From assembly GCF_000181795.1 (NCBI RefSeq), contig NW_003526943.1, positions 1,421,647 through 1,485,646 of the forward strand: a stretch of 64,000 bases of DNA, written 5' to 3'. This stretch comes from Trichinella spiralis. Lineage: Eukaryota. The notes beneath the pieces are model-generated. The model made no database searches. It was given only the letters and a program-made list of their open reading frames with translations, and was not told the DNA's origin. This document shows positions 20,308 through 33,670 of this stretch, one piece after another. Both the position numbers and the translations under genes were made by a program. How positions within the stretch are numbered: position 1 is the first letter of the stretch; every line of letters begins with the position of its first letter.

Positions 20308-23300
20308 TTAAGCTTCTCCGTCGTCCCAGTGGAATTTAACCACAATTACAGTCATATTGTCGCATCCTGTTCCATCACCACTGGTACTCGGAGCTAAGCA
20401 AGCATCGCAAAGCTAAAATAATTGAAGTTATCAGTTAAGAAAGAAAAAAATTTCAAAAAAGAAAAAAATGCTGTACTTGTTCAGCAATGGCCTCTTCTGA
20501 AACGTCGGCATTTAAACGCTGATTGACAAAATCGACTACTTCTTGACTGTTCAATGAGTTCCTAAATAAAAGCACAACGACAACAACAGTTTACCTGAAA
20601 ATAATAATGATAACAATAAACGTCCCAAGTGCATACCAAATTCCATCGCACGCGATAACCATAAAGCGATCTGTCTTTTCCAAAGCATGAAAACGAACGT
20701 CAGGCAAAGGAGAAATCATCTGCTCTTCCAAAGGAATGGACGAATTTGTTTTGTAAAAATGGTCACCTGTGCAAAAGTTTCTTTGAAATATTATTAATCA
20801 TTATCACATAATATTCATAAACTAACCAATCGCACGAGACAAATTCAAACCACCATTGACACGCCCGTCGTTGGTAATTTGTCCGCCGGCTTTTTGGATT
20901 CGATCAGTTTCGATTTCATCTTCTGGCTTGTGGTCTACTGAAAGATCAATCGCTTTGCCATCCCGACAAAGTACGCATCGACTGTCACCAACATTGGCAA
21001 CGTAAAGCGTTTTATTGACTACTAAAGCAACACAGGCCGTGGTTCCGCTGTCAATACCAGGCTAAAAAATTTACTTTCCATAGCAATTTATTTTTATATA
21101 TAAATGATCATTTGCAAAAATAAATTTCAAAACATATTGGGATAAAATTACCGTTTCTCCCACCGATGCTTGGGAAAGCATAATATCATCTTCGTCAAAT
21201 GCTTCATCTGGAGAAACAATGGCCTCATACTCTTCTTCGCTATCAACAGCTTTAGACGATGGGGTTTCGCTCCTGAAACAAATCCTCTAATAAATAAACG
21301 TCTGCACTTCTCTTTCATTAAAAGAAAACAGTAAATTGGGACAATTCTGGAATTAATTGTGTTACTAATTCTTACAGTAAAAAATAAATATCAAACTAAT
21401 AAACTGATAATTATTATCATTATTATTTACGTCGAATCCTCTTCGTCAGAATTGTAACTGTAATCAGATCCACTAGTTTCTTCATCGTCGAAGGGAAAAA
21501 CTTCTTCTTCTTCTTCACATAATCTTAAAAATGAATAATCAAAATTTCATCAAAATAGATAGAAAATATTTTTTACTGATTCGACGAACAAGCTGTGGAG
21601 TTAAAATCATTTTCGGCAGCATTTGGCAAATCTTTAAAAACAATAAAACTATCGTCGCTGTTGTCACTGCCAATAGCTTCGGTTGCTGGAGTCCAATTGA
21701 TTACCTCTTTTTCCAACTGCTTCTCATCTAAATTATATATATATGTATGCATGTATGTATCTATGTATGTACGTATATTCAAGGGTAAAATATACTATTC
21801 TCATCATTGTCGTATTTCGCTTTTTTAGTCGCTTCGTCACCCACCGTAATGTCCTCACCTTCCGCCACAAGCACTGCTTTTAATGATGAAACAGAACGCT
21901 TAAACGGCTTTTGTTCGTCTTCCCTTGTACTAAGCACGCCAGCAGCAGATTCATTTTCTCGAAATACTCCAGAAGTACCATCAGCGTTTTCTTCCGAAGA
22001 ATCTGACACAAAACCGTTCTCCCTGCCTTCCAAACCTCCCTTGACCACCAACTGCTTCAAAACGTTGTACTTAATCATCAATTCTCCCAGGGGCATCGTA
22101 GCCTCCTCGAACAATTCACTACATTCTTCTCTATCTGAAGTAGATAAGAATTCTAAAACCGTTTTTTCTTAATACAAGTAAACGATCTCAAAATATACCC
22201 ATCGGTGAAGAATCATCTTCTGCTCCTTTGGCAAGTTCCTTCAACTTTTGCATAGCATCTTTTCCTTTCAAACTGGCGTCAAATTCCAGAAATGCACGCT
22301 GCAAAATGCTGTCCATCTTCTCTGTTCTCCAGCCATCAACTGATTTCAAGAAATCCGGGAAATTCATAGACATGTACTGCGACACTTCGGGACCTATAAT
22401 TAAATAAAACTTAGAATATTCAATATGACAATTACCAACAAGCTCATGTTAAACTTCATTTTCAATTTTCAAACAGTAAAAAATTTCATACCAGTTAAAA
22501 CAAAACAACCAAATTATAACAAACAATCAAAAATCCATTATAATAAAAATACTAATTTTTAGCAGTAATGCACTGGTTAACAAGCAGAAAAAAGCAACGT
22601 ACTCAGAAATTTAACATTAAAAATACGCAGATTTATTTACTGTAACTGAAAATAAACTTAACAAAGAACTGAATGCACAGTATGCACACTACAGTGAACA
22701 GAAAATAACCATTAATAATTGTTACTGACAACAAAATGCTAAACTTTCTTTAATAAACAATATTTAATTATGACAAAATACATGACAAATACCAATTACT
22801 TGAAAAAGAAGTGAAAGAATTATTCAGTGCTTTCTTAATGAATTAACAGTAAGGAAAAAGATTCTATAAAAATCCAATATTTCAAGAAAAAATGATGATG
22901 AATAAACTTAAAAGACAAAAATTTACACTCATAAAACAATCACAATCATAAAAACCGCAACATCTGAAATACAATGATAGAAAAACAAGTTGACTCACCA
23001 CCATGCCCATCGTAAACTGCAAAGAAGGAAACTTCATCGTCAAAATTTAGTATGCAGTTGTGCGCATCCTAAAATAATATACATGAGTATTTACTTTATT
23101 GCCATCTTCCATACATATATTACGAAAAATACCAAAAACTGGTTTAAAGCATAGTAGGTTTCTAGATTAAACAAAATGTGAAACAAAAAAGAAACCGAAA
23201 AACCTGTAAACAATTAAATAAATTCGAAAAAAATTGAATGGGAATTAATATTAAAGTCATTAATTAAATGACTACAAAAGATAATATAAAAGTTTCACAT

Positions 23301-24077
23301 TAAATCAATAATTTAACATTATATTCATCTGAAACCATGCTAAAAAAACAGACATTTTCAACACATTAAATGGTATACAATATAAATTTTACTGTAGTGC
23401 AAAACAAAGAATTTTTTAAAACTACAATTTCAAAAATATATGATTGATAAACTAATAAAGGTAGAAGAAGATTTTAAGCAAATATTCAATTTATAACAAA
23501 ATTATGATATCAAGTTATATGAAAAACCATCTTATAGTTTTCTAGCAGTATCTTCAAATTTCTAAACAAAATTTCACAAACAGTTCAATAAACATCAGAA
23601 GTTCTGTCGTGAATCATATGAGAAAATGCTGTAACTGATGTATAAAATAATATTAAAAAACTTTACCTTACCGACAAAATCATTACTAATTTTCTGTATC
23701 TGTAACATCATCTCATTAACACATCATCTTACATCAGATCTATTTAATAAGAATCTGAGCAATGAATAAAAAAAGTAGTGTACAACCTAAAAAAAATACT
23801 TAAATACTTAATCTCTCCAAACCTCATAGAAGTGTACTAATACAGCTAAAAAATTTTTTAACTTAATGAAAACCATCATAAAACAGCTAAAAACATCGTA
23901 TTTTTATTATTCTTATATCGGCAGATAATTAATAATAAACTAAAAACAATAATACAAAAGAATTACCTCCTGATTTATACGCCAACCTTGCATTGACGAC
24001 GCACCATAACTAAGAAACGCAGAAGACCCTTTTTCGGATGTTTTACTTGTTTTCGGACTTGACAAATAGGCACCCAT
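20308..24077 (-). CDS. PPM1G: Protein phosphatase 2C gamma (PPM1G-like) with acidic insert, multi-exon
   Basis: [12 protein letters not shown]...[18 protein letters not shown]...[10 protein letters not shown], acidic insert with [75 protein letters not shown]. Stop TAA at 20310-20308. Confidence 0.95.
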
Positions 24078-25636
24078 CTCAGACACCTGTTGGTAGCAGA
24101 ACAACAACTATGCGATAACGCGCTAAATTGTTTCCCATACAGTAATCAATGTAAATGATATTCAAGTTACAACATTGACCTGCATTCATGTTGCCTACGT
24201 TATTAATGTTTATAAAAATTAATTTATATTATAAAAGCAATAATAAGCTATATTTCGATAAATATAACAAATTCACAAATTTTATAAATATCAAAGAAAG
24301 ACATTGTTATTACATAAGTGACCTCGTTACTGTAAATTAAAAATGTTTACGGTATTAAATCCTTTGAAAGAAAAATGTAACAATTTTATTAATGCACCTC
24401 TGGTTTGACATAAATTATTTTACGTAAAACATGTGTTTAATATCTTTTGCTAAAGTAATTTAATAAAATTAAATTTTTTCTTGAGATAAAATTCATGAAG
24501 TTGGTTCATAAAAAATAAAACTGATAAAACTTTGTTTATATATTGAAATTTTGCAAATGATAATGTTCAATCACTTTATGTGTTGTTTAGTTTTTTGATG
24601 GTTTTGAATTATACTTTATTTTTACTTATTCTATAATGAGCTGTTAGTTTCAGCAACCAGTTTTTTTTCTTGACCTCGTAACCCATCTCATGTAAGGTCT
24701 GAAAATATTTTGTAAAATATTTCCTTTATGAAGAAGAGAGTACACCATCGCAAAACATTTCTGTTCATCCGTATAAAGCGAGATTTTCAGAGGCAAGCTT
24801 TCACATTTATAGTACAAATTCTAAACTCTTCTGACTTACTAAGTTTTACTCTGTATTGATATTGTAAATATATTAGTCTTAAAATATTATAATGCCAAAT
24901 TATATTTTACCTACAAAGCATCGGATCTGTCTTCATAGACGTTTAAAATAAGCTGAGAAGCATTTTATGAAATTTTAAGATATTTAAGTTGAAAATACTG
25001 TAATTTGTTAATTTTTACAATACACTGTATTCCGTTAATTTTGAACTTTTATTAATGTGAAGAGATAATATTATACTTGTTTTATTCCACATAAGACATT
25101 TTTTGAAAAATATTATAGAGGTGCGCTGTAATATTCATCTTCAAACTGTTGTACAATATACTATGACAATTTTTACAACTTTACATGTTTTGTTGGGAAT
25201 ATGTTTTAAGTTTGATCTAATTTTGCTTAGTTTCTTTTAATTTTTGATTTGTAATTATGGTCACGTCCTTTTTTCTAAAACGAATTTCCAGTTTATGCTT
25301 ATGATAGCAGGTTTTTTGTTCACAGATTGAAAATGATATAGAAACGAAAAGCGAGGCACTTGTTTTTATGATATTAATTTTGGAGAGTCAAATTTTAGTT
25401 TCAGAACTTGTGAGATGATCCCACTGCTCTTTTAAAAATGAATTTTACATTACGATCAATATTTACATCTATATATTTTTAATTTTGTAAGAACTGAATA
25501 ACAAATACTCGCGTGGATTACATTAATGTTCTTTATGTGTACTCTTCTTGAGAAGTATCATCCCTGTTCTGTGACACGTTGGATAAATAGTAATATTTAT
25601 AACATTCAAATATTTAGATGTTTAAAGCAATAAGAA

Positions 25637-25644
<8 letters not shown>

Positions 25645-25694
<50 letters not shown>
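25645..25694. repeat. (AT)n microsatellite
   Basis: About 50 bp of perfect AT dinucleotide repeat. Confidence 0.95.
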
Positions 25695-25697
<3 letters not shown>

Positions 25698-25899
25698 GTT
25701 CTCTGATGAGGAAAGCGGAAACTATATTTTTTTAGGAATTCTGATTATCAAGGGTTATTTTTTTCTATGTACTAATTAAAATGTCTAGTAAAATAGTATT
25801 TTACTTTAAATTATTTATTAAAAGTTAACTTTAAAGGTAGATTATCAAGCGTAAACATGTTAATCGCTTTATTATTATATATGTTTTGGTAATATGAAT

Positions 25900-27245
25900 T
25901 GTAGGCAATATTTTTGCGTAATATCGAGAATAGGCAATATGCATTTGCTTAATATTGAAACGACAGCTCACGAGCCCCGCTGTATGTCGAAATGCCTTTA
26001 TTAATGATGTATTGTTTGAGAATTTTAGTGATATTTGTTTTATTTTATTCAACGAATGATTAGGTTCAGATATGGTCAAAATAATTTGCACCGGAAAATG
26101 GCCTCATTACGAAAGTTATATGAAAGGAAAAGGCAACCATCTACTTTCCAATTTGTTAAAGATCTGATGTATAAAAAGGCTATGTATGAAGAAAAGCCCG
26201 GTGCTCTGATCAAGGAAAACGGACAGAATGCAACGATTTTTCCAACTTCACTGCGAGATCAAATGATTACTGACATTTTGCAAATCCAATCAGATGGTCC
26301 AAAATCTGTCCGTCATATAATTTAAAAAATCAGTATGGAGTTTTAAGAATTGTTAAGGAAAATAAACTAATCGGATTGGGCAAGTATGATGAAATAAGAT
26401 GCATCGCCTCTACTGAAGAAATGTTCGACGTTATCAGTGCTGTTCATCGAAAGATTGGTCATGGTGGAGAAAAAAGGCATTTCAGGAAGCACAGAATAAA
26501 TGGACGAACGTCACACAGGAAGCATGCCATTTGTTTCTCACACTTTGTGAAGAATGCCATAAGAAGAGAACGAGAAGAGAAAAGACGTATGAAGAAAATG
26601 AAAGTATTGCTGAGGAAACTTTGCCACATCGGGATCAAGCCTTTATAAAAGCACGAGAAGAACCAGCTGCAGGGCAGTCTAGAGCAGCAGCAAAAATGAC
26701 ACGACGGTCTACGAAAATACTAAAACCGCTTCATATAGGTCAGAATGCTACATTCAGAGTACCAGATGTGGACCCTGGACCTGCGGATCTGAAAAATTTT
26801 CTAGTAGTCGTCATGGCGGAATACGAAGGACTGTACACTGTTGGCTGCAGAAAAGGAAAGTTGTCATGCAAATTTGCAGCTGCGGATTTACAAGTCATAT
26901 CAGAAAATTTATTATCAGTTGATGAAGTGTCTGACGCTGAAATTCCTCTTAGAACTGCAGTAACTAAAGCTACGGGCGGCCAAGGATATGTGAAGTGCAT
27001 GTACTCATCCGGCTGTTTTTCTGGTCGGTGCAGTTGCGGCAGAAAAAGACCATTATGCAATTCTCGTTGTCACCCCCGGGAAGTCATACAAAAATGAATA
27101 AACCTGGTGCAATACATTTGTGTCTGACAGTAAATATCATTAGTAAAAGCATTTCAACATACAGCGTGACTTGTGAACTGTTGTTTCAATATTAGGCAAA
27201 TGCTTATTGCCTATTCTCAATATTATGCAAAAAATTGCCTATTAT
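25900..27245 (+). mobile_element. Non-autonomous KRBA2/SCAND3-like (Ginger-type) integrase DNA transposon with ~110-bp TIRs; catalytic core deleted
   Basis: 25902-26010 is an inverted repeat of 27131-27241. Broken ORFs encode an integrase H2C2 zinc motif (EEMFDVISAVHRKIGHGG, frameshift, NVTQEACHLFLTLCEECHKKR). This joins almost directly to the Cys-rich C-terminus (VPDVDPGPAD...GGQGYVKCM...GRCSCGRKRPLCNSRCH). No DDE/rve core is visible. Confidence 0.85.
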
Positions 27246-27363
27246 CAATAATAGTTATATAATAATTAATTTTTAATAATATATAATAATAATTAATTTT
27301 TGCAAATTCAAATTACAATACTGGAAACTGCTTTTTAATAATTTTTTTATTTAGCGTTGAAGA

Positions 27364-29682
27364 ATGGTTCAAATGTTTATGGAATGTCTGCAGATGCGAA
27401 CGTTGACGATATTTTTGATTGGCTTTTGTACAGGTTGTTTTTTTGGCTTTTGCTATTTTTCCGACTTTGGCAAAAAATATGATGCAATATATGATTCGCA
27501 ACCTGTACAGTTAAGCGATATTAATCATTCACTAATGTTATTGAATAACCAGTCAATTAATAATGGCCATTCATTTCACTTTCAAACTGGAGACATTCAC
27601 AATGAATCAGACTTCATACATGCAGGTAGGTTTGTTAATTTTATACTGTTTTTTATTGTATAACTTATTTTTCAGCTTTATTGTAGTCCAATGCATATTT
27701 TATTCGTTGTTAATTTTTTTCTAAAGAAAACTTTATTTTCAGATTATGAATAAGAATAATTATGCTAGTTGTTTTGATTAGCAATTTAATATTTTCTTCA
27801 CATTTAGCAAAAATTGTCGAGTGTTGAATAGTTGGAACGTAAACAAACAGTTATGTAACATAGATATTTTACGTAAGTTATCTGCATGCAGATTATATGC
27901 AGATTGTATTAAATGATTGACAATGGTCTGGACAATCAAAATGATAGGTATCTAGAGGTCTGAGTTTTTAGATAAAACCGTAATAGAGATACGGAAGTTT
28001 GTATTGCTGTTGCATTGATGTTACTTGGTTGTTTGTTCCCACGTTAAGATCAATTTATCTTGTTTATACTTGAAATTAGTCTGCTGTTTTTTTTAAATAT
28101 TGATTGATTTCATTAAGCGATATTGTGGAATTGGCGGTTTCCTATAAAGATTTGACAAATTAGTTGACTTTGTTTTGCAAGACCAGCACTGTTAAACAGC
28201 ATGTTATATTTTCACATTTAGGAAAGCACAATTGCAACTGCTATCAGGGCAAAACTGAAATATTAAGGCATTTTTGCAGAACACTGACAGAAAAAAATGC
28301 AGATTTTATTCCATTGGTGAAACTTTGCCAAATGGAAAGAAAGTTGAATAGTGTTGAGCATTTTAGCAGTTAGACAATTGCTGGTAAACGAGTGTTAATT
28401 CAACTGTTAGTTGGCGATTTGTGCGATATTCATTAAATTAGGCGAATTCATAACAGTGATGATGAGAGCAAAGATTATCCACTGAAATGCAATGAATCAT
28501 TTAAATCAGAGTTTTTACAGAAAAAACGGTGCTGTCGGTGTTATTGTGAAATTGACTGAATTAAAGAAAAAAAAATTTTAATAATAATTTTTCACTTTTT
28601 CACTACTCTTCAAATAAATAAAAATAATAAAGAAATAAATGAATAATTCAGGGAATAAAACCCAGCAAAAAATGCAAATACGAAAAATGCACTGTTGCAG
28701 GCAGTCGTACTGTGGCAGATATTGTTTCGAATAAAGTGAGAGTGTTTTGTTTGGTTATGACTACCAAAGAGAATCATGAAAGCAAAGCGTGGGCTGTACA
28801 CGCGACATGGCTTAGCCGGTGCAACGGTTATATGTTCGGTTCATCGGTCGACGATCCCATCTTGCATGCGATGAATTTGAATGTACCTCGGGGACGTCAG
28901 TATTTGTGGCGAAAAACCAGAAAAGCGTTCGAATATATTTATGCTAATTTGTTGAACGATTATGATTGGTTTTTGAAAGCAGACGACGACACGTATGTTA
29001 TTGTGGAAAATTTGCGTCTGTTGTTGTCTTCCTATGATCCTGACAAGCCTCACTATTTCGGCTACATGTTGAAGTACAACGGTGAACCGGATGCGTTGTA
29101 CATGAGCGGCGGTGCTGGTTACGTGCTGAGCCGCAAGGCGGTCGAATTGGTAGTTAGGGATGTGATCAGCAAACGGCCGGCGTTAGACGTAATGTTTCCT
29201 GAAGATGTGCAGATGGGACGTTGTTTGAAACAGGCCGGTGTATATACGCAAGATTCGAGGGATATATTTCAGAGACATCGATTTTTGATTATCGATCCCG
29301 TCTATCATTTATCGCCTGAACCAATTGACAAAAGTTTTTGGCTTTCTTCGTTCACTGGCTTTCCACTTTCTAAGGTTGTTTTATTTCTTTCTTTTTTTGT
29401 TATTTAAAACGAAGAATAAAGAAATAATAGTCGATTGTTCTATTATTTCAGGGAATGACGTGCTGTAGTGACTTTGCCATATCATTTCATTATGTCCAAC
29501 CAAATATGATGTATGTAATGGAATATCTGATTTATCACCTACGTCCATATGGTATTTTTTACGGTCCATCTAGCTTGCTTGCCAACTTGTCCTTTTTGCC
29601 ATCTGATGTACTTAAAAGTACGGCAGAATTTTCTTCTTATTTAAATTTTCACAGTCCAACTGCTGCTGTTTCTGCAGGATGA
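27364..29682 (+). CDS. C1GALT1: Glycoprotein-N-acetylgalactosamine 3-beta-galactosyltransferase (T-synthase, GT31); exons 27364-27625, 28701-29374, 29452-29682
   Basis: Type II TM anchor ([20 protein letters not shown]), [86 protein letters not shown]. Joins are phase-compatible. Confidence 0.95.
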
Positions 29683-30963
29683 TTAATTTTGTTAATTATT
29701 ATTTTTTTAAAATTTGAATTGTTATTGTTATTGTTGAAATTCAGTGAACGAGGATTTTGTTTGCGAACAGGCTTTAATTTCAAGTTTAATTTTGACTTTT
29801 TTAATAATTTTAATTAACTTTTTAAAATTGTTATTGACAATGTGTTGTACGAACGAGCGTGTTGTTCACAGAAACCCACTGTGATATGTTCAGTAAAACT
29901 GGTCAACGATACAAGTGGTGATCACTTTTCTTTCTAATTGTTTTAAATAATGGAACAAAAAAATTCCATATCAGACTTCGATATGAATACTTTGTGAATT
30001 TTATCTCGAATTTGCAAAATTGCAACAACAACAACAACGGCTTAGAAAAAAATATATATGTAACTGAATTTACACTTAAAAAATAGAAAAGTAGTATGCA
30101 TGGGCGTTATCATGAAATTAATAAATTTGGCAAGTTATGTCTAGTTATAATTTTTACCAAATGATAATTTTCAATTGAAGTAAGAGGCAAAGTAAAACTG
30201 TTAATATTTTGATATAAAATAGCTTCCTTTATTACTGCAGCTGTTGTTTTTTTATTCTCGTAATGATATTAATTAATAGGAACATTTATGAAAATAAATA
30301 TAATAATTTCAGGCATCTCATATAGAATAACATTGTGGAAATCTGAAAATGTAGAATAAGATGAAAATAATTAAAGGTGATTTCGTTTTGTTAAAATTTA
30401 TAACAGCGTCATTCTAACAGTTTTGTAATATTATTTATTAAGTTATTAAATTATAATTTTTGATGCATCTAATCGTAAGGTGAGAATCTTGGGTTGTTTG
30501 TTCTTTAACCAGCATTTGTTAATTTTATCTGTTACAACAACATTTTAATGCTTTTGGAAAAATTTAGCTTTGAATGATTTAAGATTATTAGAATTTTGAC
30601 AAAAATGACCATTATATATATATATTTATTTATTTATTTATTTATTTCACTTATTTGTGGATGTTAAGAATAAATCAAGAAATTACAAAATGAAAAAACA
30701 CATGTTTTGTTCATTTTGCAAGATAGCGTTATACATATGTACATAAACATGAACATTATACTTATATATAAATAAATATATAATATATGATGACAAACAG
30801 AGAAAATTTTAGGAACGATAAACTGAGACTTTATTATTACTCAATGTTGATTATTAATGTCTACAGCTTTTATTTTTTACTTGTTAAAATGAGAGGTGGA
30901 AAAACATCCTGACATTGGATAAAGCCACAACGGCAATTACAAGGATAATGCGTTGTTCATCAA

Positions 30964-33215
30964 CTACCGTAAAATCGGCTGGCAGGTGTAAATTTCTGCT
31001 TTTTTGTTTCGATCCCATCTACTTGCAAGACATTTTTGATCGTCCATGCAAACACACCTACAATCAAAATTATGAAATTATTTTCATAAACATGCTAACT
31101 GTGCTGTTGTCATGAAATGAAATAAAATTTTCAATGTGGAATTGCAGATGGTACATGTTTATCAGTGTCTTTATAAATTGAATAAGATAAATTTAATAAT
31201 TCGCATGTTTCATCTAGTTTTGGCTTAATATACAGTAATTTGATGCTTATTAGAATGAATGATAGACGGTTTTAATTTTTACTGTGTAAATGTATTTCAA
31301 TTTTGAGAAAATATATCAGAGAATGTTTCAAAACTGGTATTGCTGCATGTTCATGACTGACAGCTGAGTCTGTTGTAATCACGTATGACAGTGATCAACT
31401 GCTATCAGGTGGATAGATCTTTAACAGATCCAAACCGCAGAATTGCACAACCAATTCAAAATGTCAAGATACATTTGCTGCCCCATTTGTTATTAATATT
31501 CTTTCAGTAATCAGTGTAATTCATGTATGACTATGCGTAGTGTACTGTAATGTGTGTTGGTCATTGAACCGTTCCAAAAGTTTCGCTTGTTTAAAATGAG
31601 AAGAACAAACGATCATTTTATTCAACAAACAGTAGCTGCAAGTGTAAATTTCACTTCAATTAAAAATGATCATATGACCGAATTTGAAATTCTCTCTCGT
31701 GATTATCAATTGCCGGTCTACAAACACCGACCAATAGCTTGTATTTTATGGAAAGTGTAATAAATTTAATTTCTGCATCTATTTTAGTATCGTTTTCAGA
31801 ACTTTTTCCTGCTCTAACGATGCGTAAAGTTCAATTTTCAGAGCTATTTTTAGCTTCATGTTGGGGGTCGTTGCGGAGGCGTAAGAAATTTAACTGTCCA
31901 AAGTGTAATTTGGTTAAAAATTACTTTGATTGATTGGACCTATGCGATTTGTTTTACAAGAATTCTCTTCTTATTTTGAGCATCCGAATGACCTTTGTCA
32001 TCAGACCGCATACATCTGCCGTTCTATTTTCTATGCAAATGCGCATACATATCTATTATTAGTGATATGCGGCATTTTTGACGCACCTCGTTTAAAGCAA
32101 TGATTCATCTTAGAAAGAAAATAAATTCTTTAAATTACTCCACTGAGTGTGTCTCTTTGTCTATATATTAAAAAAATATTTTTTACTCTATACTTTGACA
32201 TGTGGTAGCTGTTATTTGAAAAATTAACTTTTAGTAGACTTTTAGTTTGCAAATAGATTCTAGTAAAGTATTTCTGCATGTTTTTTCAGCTTTCGAAAAA
32301 ATCATTTACAATTGTTTGATGTTACTGATTGCTCGTGTTATTTTCCTTTTATTTAATGTTAATATTAAATGCACTAAAAATGGGACACTTGCCATATTTT
32401 TGCATGAATCATCTTTTGTAGAAATGATGCAATTACGCCCACCCATATCATTTAATTTTGTTCACGGTTGTGAAAAATTAGTGAAATGAAATTTGCTGGA
32501 AAATTATATTTAATCTTTTCATTTTTGAGGTGCATAAAATTCGAGAGAGAGAAAGTTTCAACCGCAATAAACGAAATTACATATGTTAAGTGATGAAAAT
32601 TGATAAAGTATAGGATTTTTGAAATCATTTTACAGATCCGTTAAACTTACACTGTGCTATTGTAACGCATTCCAGTTGCGTAATTTGATTTCCGCTAAAT
32701 TCCTAGAGTACAATGAGCTACAGTGATTCATAATTTCTGACCCAAGTATAATTGAATTGCATGATGCAATGTTTATCTCGCTTTATTATTGCCTTGATTG
32801 TTATTTGGTTTGCATTTTGTTGAGCTAACTAATTGAGTGGATAAATTGCACCCTGAGGATCTAATTAGCTGACTGGATGAAGTTTGCTTTTAGTTGCTCA
32901 GTTTGGAAAAAATGTACAACAGTTGTTTTTAATCTTACCAAGATGGGATTTTGACGTAGGCGAGCAGATCGTTGTGTTGTTCTTTGTATTGTCCAAACAA
33001 GCACGGCTCAGATTCGAAACAGAATTTTACGTTCGCTTTGCTACTGTCAATGAAGCTTGAGGCTGGCTTAGAGTTGTGTCCCTGGAAACAAATGAAGATA
33101 TTTAATCTATAAAGTTATATTTCTTAAAGAAGCTTACAGATTCCCACTGCAGGGGTGTGGAGACAATTGTGTGGAACAGCAAGCTGAATGAAATAGTCAA
33201 GTAGCTGAATAGCAT
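30964..33215 (-). CDS. Small secreted 6-cysteine protein, paralog A (104 aa); exons 33215-33138, 33081-32939, 31057-30964
   Basis: Spliced translation MLFSYLTISFSLLFHTIVSTPLQWES|GHNSKPASSFIDSSKANVKFCFESEPCLFGQYKEQHNDLLAYVKIPSW|CVCMDDQKCLASRWDRNKKAEIYTCQPILR*. Canonical GT-AG introns in phase 0 and 2. Clear homology and identical intron phases with paralog B. Confidence 0.85.
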
Positions 33216-33279
33216 GGTGAAACTAAAAATAAATTAAAAAAATATATATGGATATAGAAAAAAATGAAAATATCAAACA

Positions 33280-33575
33280 AATACACACACGCACACACAA
33301 ACAAAGCAAGAAAGAGAGAGCGAGAGAGAGAATGATGATATGTGAAGAAGAAGAGAGAATGGAGAGGGGAGAGAAATAGTGAGAGATAGAGAAAGAAAGA
33401 CTGACTAACTGACTGGCTCACGGTCACACGCTAGTCAACAACAGAAAGCTTTGCTTGCCGTTGCTTTGTATAAACAGCAAGTCACCACACGCAATCTTAT
33501 ATAGAGCCGACTTTTATTATCAGTGTCATTCGATCTTTCGATAAGGGCGACATCGGCCGACACACACACATACAC

Positions 33576-33622
<47 letters not shown>

Positions 33623-33670
33623 GGCAAATGCATATACATACATATATACAAACACACACACATACATGAC
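33280..33670. repeat. Compound (CA)n/(GA)n/(TA)n microsatellite cluster upstream of paralog A
   Basis: GA-rich run about 33310-33400, CA run about 33560-33606, TA run about 33606-33622. Confidence 0.85.

Noticed and set aside
32651..32702. Possible 52-nt stop-containing (poison) cassette exon in intron 2 of paralog A (ctctag...gtaagt)
   Set aside because: Acceptor lacks the usual T-rich tract, there is no counterpart in paralog B, and such site pairs occur by chance.
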